Positions 1-12,999 of a stretch of DNA of 64,000 bases are shown here, piece by piece. Source of the DNA: the human T2T-CHM13v2.0 reference genome, Homo sapiens. Position 1 is the stretch's first letter. Each line of letters starts with the position of its first letter. A model generated the notes under the pieces. It was not told where the DNA came from. It saw nothing but the letters and a program-made list of their open reading frames with translations, and ran no database searches. The DNA is taken from the NCBI RefSeq assembly GCF_009914755.1, contig NC_060926.1, one strand, 5' to 3'. A program made the position numbers and the translations under genes.

Positions 1-1479
1 ATAATTGTAAGACAGTTCACAACATCATAAAAAACTTATTTTCCCAAGCCATGGATTAGGTCTTTGGATTCAATTAATCTGATACAGGTATGACAAAGCA
101 TTCTCTTTTCAAACAGTTTATCTTAGAGATACCTGCAGAATTTCTATTAGCATATATTTCCGTCTACTCTAGTGCTAATGATCCCATTATCTGGCTATGT
201 GTTACTGTAATTGAAATTAGCTACAGTTATATCCATCATCTTAGCCCTCATAGTCACAGATAAACAATGTGGATTTATAGCAATTCTACCTTGGCATTGA
301 AAAGGTATCCCTTTCAGTTTCTGCCTTCAGGTAAAATGTATACTATGTGGCTTACTATTTCTGATGTGTTGATTCTATACCCTTTTGAAACATTTTTTTT
401 TTGAAACTAGTATTTTGGATCTGATATTAAAATTCGTTCTGACCTCAAATTCATTTGCATTACAGTGTAATATTTCCTCCGTAATTTATGTCATATATGA
501 TCTAGAAGGGGAGGTATGTATTAAAATAATTATCTCATTCAATGCAGATAATAGCTTTAAAATATATCGACATGCTTTTCCTTATAATTTTTTGTATTCA
601 GCTTGAGCTCCCCTCCCCTGACAAAGAGCCACCCACTTATTTCCTGAAAGAAGGGGGTGGGTGGGTATATTAAGATTATTATAACAAGAAAGCAAAGACA
701 GATAGTTTGGTTTTTAGATTTTGGTTCCCAAAACAGGGCACAGTGGTCAGATGTGGGTATATTGGCTTCTTCCTCTGTATGGACACACTACAGAGGAGAG
801 TTTGGCAGTATTCTCAGAGCAGGGAAAGTCTGACAGTAGCCTGGGGAAATGGAAATAATCATAAAGATTCCCCACATTAGCCTAACTCTGGAGCGACAAG
901 GTGCCACACAGGCATTAAGTTAGGAACGCCTGAGAAAGACGTCTTGAATCTGCATTTAAGGGCAGACTCTAAACAACCCTATTCATTACAGATTGATAGG
1001 AAGAAAGTAGCCAAGATATTTTTACCAGACCCCTAAGGGTTGGGAAAACCAGTAAATCAAAATTAGTCTGGGACTGATGAAAAGAAGCCACAAAATACAG
1101 AGATCTCACAGTCATAGGCCATGGCAGGAACATGAACTTCAGCAACATATATCTGCGTGGAGGACAAAATTTTGTAAGAGGTGCAGCCGCATTTCAGTGT
1201 GCGCTGTCACAGGACACGAACAGAGACACCTCACTGAACTGGAGACCAGTAGATATTCAGAGCACATTCTGCAGTTCACAGGATTCTTCCCTAAGATACT
1301 AACTTTGAAATAGAGAATATGGCAGGCCTACTGAAAGCAGGAAAGAGCATCCTGATAGGAAATTTGAATGTTGTATTAAATCCGAAGTGTCAGGTCTATG
1401 TGAAACAAACACCAGATAAAAACAAAATAAGACAAAAACTATTTCAACTTGAATAAAACAAATACTTTAAGAAAAAAAT

Positions 1480-1575
1480 CAATTGAGCTATAATTTACAT
1501 ACCACCAAATGTATTCATTTTCAGTGTACGATTCAATCATTTTTAGTAAATTTACAGAGCTGTACAGCCCTTACC
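1480..1575 (-). mobile_element. Old L1M (L1MB/ME-type) 3' end fragment
   Basis: Antisense L1M 3' UTR-like text: ttgagctataatttacatac...cagtgtac...ttttagtaaatttacagagctgt. Confidence 0.6.
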
Positions 1576-2454
1576 AATTCCGATGATGAGGAGGGGTGGA
1601 ATGGGGGCAGGGAAATTAACAATTAAAAGTAACTCACTTTTACAACATTTCAATCACTTTATTATACATACGCATACAGTTATGCATATATACACAGATT
1701 ATATTTATGAACATTTATATATATATAAACATAATGAACCTCTTCTATAAAAAAGTGTTTATTTTTCATTATTTTATCAATTATTTATATAATTCATTCA
1801 TTTAATGATTTTTATATTGAGAAATATGGAGAACACAAAGTAGAATAAAATTGTCTTTCTGTTTAAGAATTTCATAGCTTGGTGTGAAAGATAGTCACGA
1901 AAACAAATAATGACAGTACTTGATGAAAAGTTTTATGACAGATGTATTCCCTGGAATTATTTCATCTCTTTCATACTCCTTACAACCCTATGAAATAAGC
2001 CAAGCATATGAATATCTACATTATATAGATAAAGACTCTGTAGACCACAGCAGTTATAGTAGCAAACATAGTGAGAGGAAAAAACAGAAGTTAATTCTAG
2101 ATTTTTTGATACTTAAAACATTCACATATATTTGGCCTTAAAGACAGTAGATTTTCTCTACCGAAATGTAACCCAGTTTTTATAAATGTTACTGAGGCAT
2201 GCTTTTTTTTTATTTTTGTGGAATTTGTTATTATTTTTCAACCTACAATAATCTATTCAATACCCACTCTGCCAAATACCGTGCTAGCCATGTGGCGCCT
2301 CCAGGATTAGAAGTTCCTTTGCTGTTATCAGTTCTTATAGAGTGATGTTGAATTGTAGGAATGTGAGAATTTGGCCTCCTTACTGATAAGAAAGACTATT
2401 AGGAAACTTTCCAACCTGTTGGAGGCAAATGAGCGTTAATGCAAAAGTTGACTT

Positions 2455-2640
2455 AGAAAAAGCTTTATTCTAATTCCAGCTTGGCCATATTCTAGTTGCG
2501 TGAATTTCAGCAATTTGCTTTGTCTCTCTAAGCCGATTTTTGCTTTACAATGGGGATACAAATACCAACCTAACAGGTGAAAAGTAAATGTTATATAATA
2601 AAAGTGCTCTTTATAGTACCTTCCTCATAGGAGGTACCTC
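2455..2640 (+). mobile_element. MIR SINE
   Basis: Degenerate MIR core: ttctaattccagcttggcc...gtgaatttcagcaatttgctt...aatgggg. Confidence 0.55.
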
Positions 2641-2745
2641 TTGATTATTTTTAATGAATGCATTAGTACACCTAAATCACCTGCATATATTTCTGAACCC
2701 TCTAAGCGGTATATTGTGCCTTGATTTTTTAAAAACATAATAATA

Positions 2746-2910
2746 ACCTGTAATCCTAGCACTTTGGGAGGCTTAGGCCCAGCTATTCAGGAGGCTTAGG
2801 TGGGAAGAGCACCTGAGCCCAGAGAGGTTGAGGCTGCAGTGAGCCATGATTGCACCACTGAACTCCGGCCTTGGTGACAGAGTGAGACCTTGTCTCAAAA
2901 AATAAAAATA
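2746..2910 (+). mobile_element. AluJ-like element with internal deletion
   Basis: cctgtaatcctagcactttgggagg joined directly to the right arm (gaggttgaggctgcagtgagccatgattgcaccactg...gtctc) plus an A tail. Confidence 0.9.
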
Positions 2911-3649
2911 CAAGTATAAAATAATGATGCAATCCCTGCCTTCTGGTAGCTTACATTTGATAAATTAAGCTGAAAAGAATTGTGGGTATGAAATAGGAAA
3001 CAAGCAGACAAGTTACATGAGTCACTTAGAACTTGAGTTCTTCTTATAATATGGGTTCAAATTACCTGTTGCCAGGTTTAAGGTGAATCGTTTACCATAC
3101 TGTTTTATTTTCCATGGTCTAAACTGAAATGTATGCACTAAGGTCAGAGAACCAAATATTAGCTTTAATTACACAATAGATATATTAGAGAATGCCACAG
3201 ACTTTTTACTGTTTTCCTACAAGTCTAAACCTTGGCCCCTACATGTGGGGATAATTGGGTCTGCAATCTAGTTGCTTGCATAATCCTAGCTTGCCTTACA
3301 GTGTAGTGAGAGCTCCAGGTAAAGAGCACAAGTGAGCTTCAACATTTATTCATTTTCCCCTCGCACTGGGGAAACTCGCACCAAGGGGTTAGAGTCAGAT
3401 TCTTGCCATCTAACAAATCAGATGAATCACTCCTGCTCACATAGGGAGAAGCTTGTGAGAGATAGAGGAAGAGCAACAATTTCTACCTACAGAAATTATT
3501 TTACAGCCTGCCATTAGGTGTCCAAGGAGAGAGAGAGAAAGTTTCACTCTACACATCTGAGGTAGAAGTTTGATAAGAATTAAATGAGGGTGTATATAAA
3601 ACACCGAGAAAACTGCCGCCCCTATATTACCTGCTCAGTCAAAGGTAAT

Positions 3650-4705
3650 ATACTCTGATGTGTACACAATCTACATTTGCAGGAAGAATCCTGAGACCCA
3701 CAGCAAATCAGCAATGCTCCTCATGGGAGAACTCCAAATCATACCCCATCTCTGACTCTTAGGACCTTTGATAAGATGGTTATCTTATCAAAGATAAGAA
3801 GGGGAAGAAGGGGTTGCTGTGGGCTGTAGGAACTGTGAGGGCCTCAGAGAAGTCATATTTTGAACTGGTGAGTCAAACCTTGAGGAGAATGTTAACATAA
3901 AGAGCTTCTCCTGTCTCCGTCAAGAGACATAACCTCTCCAGTCTCCGAGCTAATTCAGGGGCTTGAACCCATGGCCTTTGGTCAACTTCGAGCTCTAATA
4001 TCCAGAGGTGGTATTTGTATTGGGTTACCTGACAATGACTGGACTAACTTCCTCCTCCGACACACACCAGCAGGTGACTGGGCCTCCCTAAACACCTCAT
4101 GATTCTTCTTCCACAGCCTGGCTTTTGAGTAGGACTTATTCCACAACTGAACAGTTGGAATTGCTTCTGATCATATGTGCTGAACTGCTTAGCATTTATT
4201 TAATTCTCATTTCTTACTGTGTCCTTAAATCTCTCGATTCTTAACTAGAAAAGTGGAAGTCAAGAGGGAGCACTACTTTGATTGTCTCCACCCATTTCAA
4301 AATGTCAGGAGGTAATAAAGGGGGCTGTCTGAAACCTGAGGAGCTTCTGTACTGTTTCTGACTGAGAAGTAGGGATCAGAGCTGAGTGTCAGGTATGAAA
4401 TTATTTTCAGTCTCTGGCTTGCTCCAGCCTCCAAGTTCTGTTCACGTCATGCCTTCTCAGACTATTAACAGAAGGAAAAGCTGAGGTTGTTTTTATTGTT
4501 CTTTGTTTTGTTTTTTTAAAATAAAGTAAAAACAGAATGATCAGAACATAACACTGCTGCTGAATGCACAAGGAACCATCTTATCAAAGGTCCTAAGAGT
4601 CAGGGATGGGGTATGATTTGGAGTTCTCCCATGAGGAGCATTGCTGATTTGCTGTGGGTCTCAGGATTCTTCCTGCAAATGTAGATTGTGTAAACATCAG
4701 AGTAT
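3650..4705. repeat. 132-bp inverted repeat pair (3650-3781 and 4574-4705) with 2 mismatches and a 792-bp spacer
   Basis: Manual reverse complement of 4574-4705 matches 3650-3781 at 130/132 positions; not recognised as a TE. Confidence 0.97.
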
Positions 4706-6093
4706 TGGCTGCCACAGTCAGAGGGAATGTAGGCATTTCAAAGAGTTTTCAGTTTATGCGTCAGCAATTGCTGAAAACTCACCCTTCAAAGTACAGATAT
4801 TACTAATGCCCTGTTTCTGCTCTTAATTGCTAATTATACAATCTGTGTAAATGCAAGATATGTGACTCCTCCAGCTCTGCAAATGTCTTTGCAGCTGCCT
4901 GTACACTCAAATTAAAGCCCAATGCAGCTGTCCTAGAGGTAGTTTTATGTGATTCCCTGAATGGACAAATTCTATTTTGAATGCTGTTAGGAGTCTCTCC
5001 CTGCACCACTCAAAAGTCACTTACATTACGGTTGCTTTCTTCCTGTTCAGCATGTCTTCTCTTCCTGGATGAAGTGAGAAATTGCCATTTTGCTGTTCCT
5101 TGCTCACTTAAATGTGAGTTACACAAGCCTTTTTAAAATTTCATTTCCTCTCAGGAAATGTTTTAAAATATATAATTTATTTCTTTTGGTACCCATCCAG
5201 AAAAGTATATTTAGCTCTTTTTAATGCATTGCCTATATAGAATGTGATTTTTTTCTTGAGAGCCTTATTTCATTGAGTACAAACCTCCCTTTATATTTCT
5301 AGCACATTAATGTTATAAAAATTAGTACTTTCCCGTACCCTGAGGAATCCAGGTGTCAGCAAGTGTTACCAAAACTTGGGCATATGATTAATTGGCTTGA
5401 GCCCGGATGACACACCCTGTGGTAGCCTAACACACTCTTCAAGACGTTCATCAGTTCACGGAGATATTTTAATGATCACCACTGACATGGGAATCTTGCT
5501 CCGATGAGTCCTGTCTCTGTTCCCTCATAGTATCAATTCAAATACATAACACAGCTTCTCTCTTGGTTTTCATAAAACATGCCACAAACTCTTTGGAAAT
5601 GTAGTCGAGTTTATTCAAGGTTTGTGAAGGATAGAGACTGAGGAAAGAATTTGCATTTTCAAAGTACCAAAAAGCTTAATTTCAGTATTAGATATCTGTA
5701 TTCTAAAAACGCTCACCAACCACCCGTCTCTGGAGTATTTGCACAGACACTTTCCTTCCATGCAGTTTCTAACATCACACCATCATGCCATACTGGCTAC
5801 TTTCTCTTCTCTTCCTCTTCCCACTTCTCATACCCTCCATCCAGTACTGCATGGAGAAATCCAAATTCTTTGCCTCATGTTAGGCAGATGTGTTTGTCTC
5901 TCTCAGCCTTGATTCTCAAGCCTGCATATCCAAACCCATACAGCTACACAGACGTGAAAAATGAATTTCTAAGTAGAAATAGACGGGATTCATCTTTTTA
6001 GAGGAGACTTGTAGGTACAAAGAATTATTTTTCTTTCACTGTTATACTTGCATCAACTGTTTGTTGTGAGTTCTTTTATTCATTCAACAAATA

Positions 6094-6424
6094 CAGCTGT
6101 CCTCTCATTCTCTGTATCCACTGATTTCGCATCTTTGGATACAATTAACCACAAATTGAAAATATTTTAAAACCCCAACAAAATAGCAATTACAACATAA
6201 AAATTATACAGATAATAAATGATAGAGTACAATAACTATTTGAATAGCATTTACGTTGTGTTAGACATCATACGTAATCTAGAGATGATTAAAGTATACA
6301 GGAGAATGTGTGCAGGTTATTTGCAAATACTATACCATTTCATATAAGGGACTTGAGCATTCCTGGCTTTTGATATCCACAGGGATCCTAGAAACACTCT
6401 CCCATGGATAATGAGAGATGATTG
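6094..6424 (-). mobile_element. MER2-like Tigger-derived DNA transposon
   Basis: Flanked by TA; internal text aatctagagatgattaaagtatacaggag...ataagggacttgagcat matches antisense MER2. Confidence 0.8.
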
Positions 6425-6776
6425 TATTCTTTTAATGCCTATTATGTAGCAAATTTCAAGTTAGCACTTGTTCTGGGATAAATTTGTACCTGTTAATAGG
6501 AGACAGTATAAACATAGTAGAAGGAAGCCTTAGACACAGAGGAACTTGATTCTAGTTCTGATTGATTCATGCTTTCACTTTTTCTTTCCAAAAATGGTTG
6601 ATGTAACCTACTCTGTTTCAGCAAGATATTAGATACAGGGAATGCTGAAATTATTTAGAGCCCCTACTCTCAAACATTGTAGAATAGAGTAGGAAAGACA
6701 GATGTATATGCTGGACCGTAAACTGAGCAATCTGACCTTTATACAAATCAAGGTCGAATGTGTCTTTTTTTTTCAG

Positions 6777-6901
6777 AGCCTGTGTTTACTTTTGACTAGC
6801 GAAGAGCTTTCAGAAAATTAATGTTTTCTCAAATGAAATCGATTGGCAGAAATCAGAGGGATAGAGGAAATTTATTCAATGCAGAGTTGACTTAAACTGC
6901 G
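6777..6901 (+). other. Candidate pseudo-exon (splice signals only)
   Basis: Strong acceptor tgtctttttttttcag and donor GCG|gtgaat in unique sequence; all three frames contain stops; no firm homology. Confidence 0.25.
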
Positions 6902-8624
6902 GTGAATGTTTACTTTCTGGGGTCAAAAATGCATGTACCGGTTTCTTTTTTGTTAACATTTAATATTTCCTGTTATTAATAAGGAAATGTTGCACCTGAA
7001 GTAAATTAAATCAAGATGGAATGTATAATTTCTTTGAAAACAATAAAATTGTTATTGCAGATGTTATTAAACTATTAGTCAATGTAATTTTGTCAGGATT
7101 ATGTACTATTGATTAGGAAATAACCTGATGAATCATTTGGAAGGATGCTTTTTATTTTTAGCTTTGACTAACAGGAGTGTTTGACAGAAGCAAGTTAAAA
7201 TAGTGTGTTATACTGCTACAGCTATGTGAATTTACATTAAATGCTTTATTTCAGTATTTTAGTATTTGCTGTTAATAAAGAAAATTAGGAATCTGAACTC
7301 ATTTTAGTTGGCCTTTGAACACTTTGAGTTTATGAGTTTGAAAACAACTTCAAATTAAAGATACATTGTGATTTCACTGGGGAACTTTGGGTCTTTAAAA
7401 ATTCATCTGATGGAGCATGGTGCAGTTAGGCCAAGTTTGCAAAGACATATGAATCTGGATCATATGGACCAAAACATTTGCTTCTCAAGTAAAATCTAGC
7501 TAGTCCCTTTTTTCCATGTTACATATGTCTGAATTTAAATTCCCTATGTCTTCCATCTCGAAGATACCAGGTTGTTTTTTTTTTAGCTCTGAATTGTTTC
7601 CACCCATTATCTTTTTAAAGAATTCTTCGATTGTATTTCCCTTTTATTATAAAAGCACTGTTTTATAACTTTTACATACCAATCTGTCTCCAGTACCAAT
7701 ACTACCTCTTTTATGAACAACCTTTGTTTAGCTGTCTTATTCACATATGTACCTATGTGCCTTTGCATATTTTCAACTCTCAATAAATGCTTTTTGAATA
7801 GAATTCCCATAGCTAATTAAAAGTGTCAGCTGTTAAAATGGACTTCACACTTCTTTCTCTTGAGGTGAACAATGCACACTGGGGTCTGAGAAGGTGGTTT
7901 CTTAATCTCTTACTCTTAGCAGGATACCCACCTTTTCTTAAGTGCATTCTAAGTTTCTGGAGATATATAGGATTGCAGTCCAGAAGCTGTGCTGTAACTA
8001 CCAATTCTCCTTAGATTTGAGTGAGGTTAACAGAGTAAAAACATGATGTTTTGTGAATGCGCCTTCTGTATATATGGCACCTTTCTTTATCTTCAGATAG
8101 GATCAGTGTTAGTAGATATGGGTTTTCTGTGAAGATAATTAAAAGCCATATAATTTCACAGGTATATATTTGGAGAGGTTTTAAAGACCACATGTCCAAA
8201 TATATAAGCTTTTGTTTCCACAAAGTCTGGATCCACTCCTTGTGATTAGCCCCATTTTACAGTTGAGAGACATTAAAAGATTATGACTGATCCAGAATTC
8301 CAGAGCAATATATTGAGAAAAGTAGAAATAGTACCCTGATTGACGCTTCTTAGTTTCTAGGAGAGAGAAAATTACATGAACCCTTTACAAAAAGAAGACA
8401 GAAGATAAAATTCAGAATTTATATCAAATTATTTGGCTCTGAGTCAAATTTCATCTGCAAGAATATTATGTTCCAGGTGTTTGCCATTGGGACAATTTAA
8501 TGTGTTTAATTAGAAAATATATTTTAAAATATTACTAGGTCGCTCAGCTGTCAAAATTATGTAAATAAAATGGTAAGTGAAAATAATTATAAAAATATTT
8601 AAATGTCCTTATATGGCTTTTTAG

Positions 8625-9118
8625 GAAATGTGCTTCATTTTCTTTCTACACAACCCAAATGTCCAACAGTGATAGACTGGATTAAGAAAATGTGGCACAT
8701 ATACACCATGGAATACTATGCAGCCATAAAAAATGATGAGTTCATGTCCTTTGTAGGGACATGGATAAAGTTGGAAACCATCATTCTCAGCAAACTATCG
8801 CAAGGACAAAAAACCAAACACCGCATGTTCTCACTCATAGGTGGGAACTGAACAATGAGAACACGTGGACACAGGAAGGGGAATATCACACACTGGGGAC
8901 TGTTGTGGGGTTGGGGAAGGGAGGAGGGATAGCATTGGGAGATATACCTAATGCTAAATGATGAGTTGATGGGTGCAGCACACCAACATGGCACATGTAT
9001 ACATATGTAACAAACCTGCATGTTGTGCACATGTACCCTAAAACTTAAAAGTATAATAATAATAAAAAAATACATTTTTCCTGGGTTCTTCGGGAATGTG
9101 ATTGTTATAGTTACAAAT
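8625..9118 (+). pseudogene. THADA-like pseudo-exon (8625-8650 + 9075-9118) split by an L1PA insertion
   Basis: Acceptor ctttttag and donor AAT|gtatgc; after removing the L1 it reads (G)NVLHFLSTFF, and VLRECDCYSYK in a shifted frame. Confidence 0.5.
8651..9070 (+). mobile_element. 5'-truncated young L1PA (about L1PA4) 3' end
   Basis: ORF2 C-terminus (WIKKMWHIYTMEYYAAIKNDEFMSFVGTW), 3' UTR and A tail; taca repeated on both sides. Confidence 0.95.
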
Positions 9119-10424
9119 GTATGCATATTTTTAAAGAAAATAAGGTTGAGTTTCAGCCTAGGCAAACTGCTGAACCCAAAAATCACTGTGAGAATTTTGA
9201 TTAGTATTCTGTAGATGGTTTTCAGTCTATTTTTGATATTTTAGCTTAGACTTTTGAAGACAGTTGAGAAAGCATTTTTTAACAACGAGAAATTCATTAT
9301 TCCTAAATTAAAAGATAAAGAGTGGAGAGTAGATGTATGGTTGACATTTTACAAATCAAATACTTTAGAGTTAATAATTTCTACCTGACACTCTATGTAA
9401 CACAGCATTCAGTTGATGGTAATTTGTTATGTTTACTGATCACTATTAAGCTATTAAATGTTTTTAAAATTAATTATTTTATTATTTTCTGCCATGCTAA
9501 TTGCTTAAAGAAGAAGAGCAGTGATTGGAGTGGTGAAATAAAACAAAATAAAACACAGACAGTTTATTGTCATAATATTTCTAAATTGGAAGTAAGTATA
9601 GCCGAATGCCTCTTATACAAGGAGTCAGAAGATCTGCAGTTGTTTTCACATTTAAAAACCTCAGCATCCTTGCACAAATCACGTTGCTTTTCTGACTTTT
9701 CAATTCTTCATCTATAAGAATAAATATATATTACTCTTACCTTATCTTCATAGCTTTTGTTAATATCAAATGAGTAATGGAAATGAATAACCTATACAAT
9801 TGTAAATTAATAATGATGTGGTTGAAGACGATTCAAGGAAATTTTAACAGTCTGTGTAGTGATCCAAATTTGGCTATTCTAAACAATTTTCTAATATTTA
9901 AATTGTAAGCCATGCACATTTCATGATTTAAATATCAATCATATGTCCACTTACTCAGCTAATATTTATTTAGCACTTACTGTGGACCAGGCACCATGCA
10001 AAGCTTTAGGGGCTCCATGGCCCACCTACACCGCACATGATCATCTTCTAGTGGAAAGAGCTGGAGAGTAACATGTGTGACTCTCATATTATCTATTTTG
10101 CTAGAAAAGAGTATGAACATATATGTATACTTTTATATCTTATTGTAATATCCTCTAACTGAAAAATTTATCCAGTAGTTTCTTCTCTATTTTGTATACA
10201 GGTCTTTGGCCTCACATATGTAGGACATGGCCCCAGGAGTTTAATAATCACTCAACTGAGTATGTTAATTAGGAATTAAGTAATTGTATTAACAATTTTT
10301 TGATTGAAACTAGATTGAGAGCAAAAATTATATAACTATGTGAGATCACCAAACACCCAGAGAAGTCCTGGGAATAACAGTAGTTCAGTAAATGTGGAAT
10401 TTGCATTTTAAAAAGGAAACTTGT

Positions 10425-10684
10425 CTGAGGCAGGCGGATCACCTAAGGTTGGGAGTTGGGGACCAGCCTGACCAACATGGGGAAACCCTGTCTCTACTAA
10501 AAATACAAAATTAGCGAGGCATGGTGGCGCATGCCTGTAATCCCAGGTACTCAGGAGGCTGTGGCAGGAGAATCGCTTCAATGCAGGAGGTGGAGGTTGC
10601 AGTGAGCCAAGATTGCACCATTGCACTCCAGCCTGGGCAACAAGAGCAAAACTCCGTCTCAAAAAAAATAAAATAAACTAAATA
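10425..10684 (+). mobile_element. AluS (AluSp-like), 5' truncated
   Basis: Alu consensus; target-site duplication (TSD) aaaaggaaacttgt on both sides. Confidence 0.95.
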
Positions 10685-10765
10685 AAAAGGAAACTTGTTT
10701 ATATAATGAAGTACTTAGACCCTGTTATTTTTGCCCTGATATATTTTACTTAAAGGAACTTTCTA

Positions 10766-11185
10766 AATATATACGTGTGTGTGTGTGTATATATATATAT
10801 ATGTATATTATATATATTGTATATATATGTATATTATATATATTGTATATATAATGTATATTATATATATTATATATATATGTATATTATATATATTGTA
10901 TATATATGTATATTATATATATTGTATATATGTATATGTATATATGTATGTGTATATATATACACATATACACATATATGTGTATGTATATATATGTGTG
11001 TATATACGTATATATACATATATACAATTTTTGTATATATACATATATACACATATATATGTGTATGTGTATATATATACACATATATGTGTGCGTATAT
11101 ACACATATATATGTGTGTGTATATATATACACATATATATGTGCGTGTATATATATACACATATATATGTGTGTATATATATATA
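10766..11185. repeat. TA/TG-rich low-complexity tandem repeat (~420 bp)
   Basis: Degenerate units such as tatatattg and tatatacaca; explains the Y/I/C-rich ORFs. Confidence 0.97.
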
Positions 11186-11972
11186 TCTCCCTTTTCAACC
11201 ATATTCCACTATCTCCAAACAGTATGTTTAATATAGTCACTTGTTCTATCGAGATCCCCACTGTTTTCTTGTTACAGCAATGTACATAACTCTATGTGAT
11301 ATGGAGCACAGAAATTTATAATGCTTGTTTTCAGTAAAAGTGGAGAAAGAAGCCATTTTAGGGTATACATAGCACTAATCACAATGCCTAAATAACTTCA
11401 TAATAAATAACATATAAAGAAGAATGAAAAGGTAGAAGAAAAGAAGGAAGTGAGGGAGGAAGGGAGGGAAAGAGAGAAAGGCAAACTACAGTGGTGTGTA
11501 CAGAGGTTCATTAAATGATAGAAAGGTAAACAGTGCTCCCTACTAAATCTTTTCATTCTAGTCTCCCAAAATATTAGTGTGGCATCAGCCAATTTCATGT
11601 CTAAAAAACTGTCTCAGTTTATTACTAATCACACCAAGAAGCAAGTGTGTTAATAATTTATAATCTATCATCGAGACAAGCTTTTACTGTTTCTAAATTA
11701 TTTAAAATGATCTGTTTTCTTTGTCTGCCTGTTTATTTAATCAATTTAATTCTTATATATTGTTCTATTTAAAACTTCACTAGTTGACATTTAGTCATTT
11801 GCTGTCCCAAGTTTGAGTTGAAGGATGGAATTTTTAATGAGATCCTTTCAATCATTCAACAAATATTTTTATCACCTATACTTCTGGATACTTAGCATAT
11901 AGCAGTGGAATAAAACGGAGGAAAAAAAAAACTATTATTGTCCTCATTGAAGTTATTTACTAGTAGGAGAAG

Positions 11973-12370
11973 TGATATGGTTTGGATCTGTGTCACTGTG
12001 CAAATCTCATGTCAAATTGTAATACCCAGTGTTGGAGGTGGGGCCCGGTGGGGGTGATTAAATAATGGGGGTGGATTTTGCCCTTGGTGCTGTTCTAGTG
12101 ATAGTGAGTGAGTTCTTATGAGATCTGGTCATTTAAAAGTGTGTTGCAGCTTCCCCCTCGTCTCTCTTTCTCCTGCTCCAGTCACGCGAAGTGGCTCACT
12201 CCCTTTATGCCTTCTACCATGACTGGAAGCTTCTTGAGGCCTCCCCAGAATCAGAAGCCACAATGCTTCCTGTACAACCTGCAGAACCATGAGCCAATTA
12301 AACCTCTTTTCTTTATAAATGACCCAGTCTCAAGAATGTCTTTATAGCAGTGCAAGAATGGACTAATACA
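11973..12370 (+). mobile_element. MaLR solo LTR (MSTA-like)
   Basis: tgatatggtttggatctgtgtc...ctttatagcagtgcaagaatggactaataca; TG...CA ends. Confidence 0.92.
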
Positions 12371-12841
12371 GGGAGATGTACCCAACGGATGAACGAGTGA
12401 AATATTTAAAATGTCAGAAGAAAATAAATACTATGCATACAGATGAACAAAGTAAGGAAGATAGCCTGTGACAATGGAGTGATTTTATTTTAAGTAGGGT
12501 GGCCAAAGGACGCTTATTTGATTTAATATTTGAGTAGTGACTTGACGAAAGTGACAAACTGACACATGCAAATATCTAAGGTAAAAGGTTACAGGTGGAG
12601 GACACAACAATGACTAAGGCTCCAAGGTGAAAATGTACTTGGAATATTGAGGTAAGTCAAGGAGTCCAGTCCAGCTGGAGCTCAGTAAGCAAAAAGGAAA
12701 AGGTAGGAGGTAAAGTCAGGAAGTCAGAAAAAAAATTATATATATATAGGTTATTATAAAGACATTGTCTTCTACTGAATGAAAGTGGAAGCCATTGAAG
12801 GGTTTGGAATATAGGAATGATAGAATCTGACAGGATCTGAC

Positions 12842-12999
12842 TTTTGTTTTCAGAGACAAGGTCTCACTGTGTTTCCCAGGCTGGAATGAAGTGGTGTGAT
12901 CATAGGTCACTGTAATCTTGAACTCCTGGGCTCAAGCCATTCTCCTGCCTTGGTATCCCAAAGCTCTGGGATTATAGGTATGAGTCACCATGCCTGGCC
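12842..12999 (-). mobile_element. Alu monomer (FRAM/FLAM-like)
   Basis: Antisense monomer; TSD-like gatctgacttt/gatcttacttt. Confidence 0.9.

Noticed and set aside
5651-6001. 116-aa ORF in non-repeat DNA
   Set aside because: Starts at TTG, has low-complexity S/F/P composition and no recognisable domain.
9511-9591. 81-bp open unit ending GAA|gtaagt
   Set aside because: Weak acceptor, A-rich low-information sequence and no homology recognised.
10775-11289. Six overlapping ORFs of up to 153 aa rich in Y/I/C/H
   Set aside because: Artefacts of the TA/TG low-complexity repeat.
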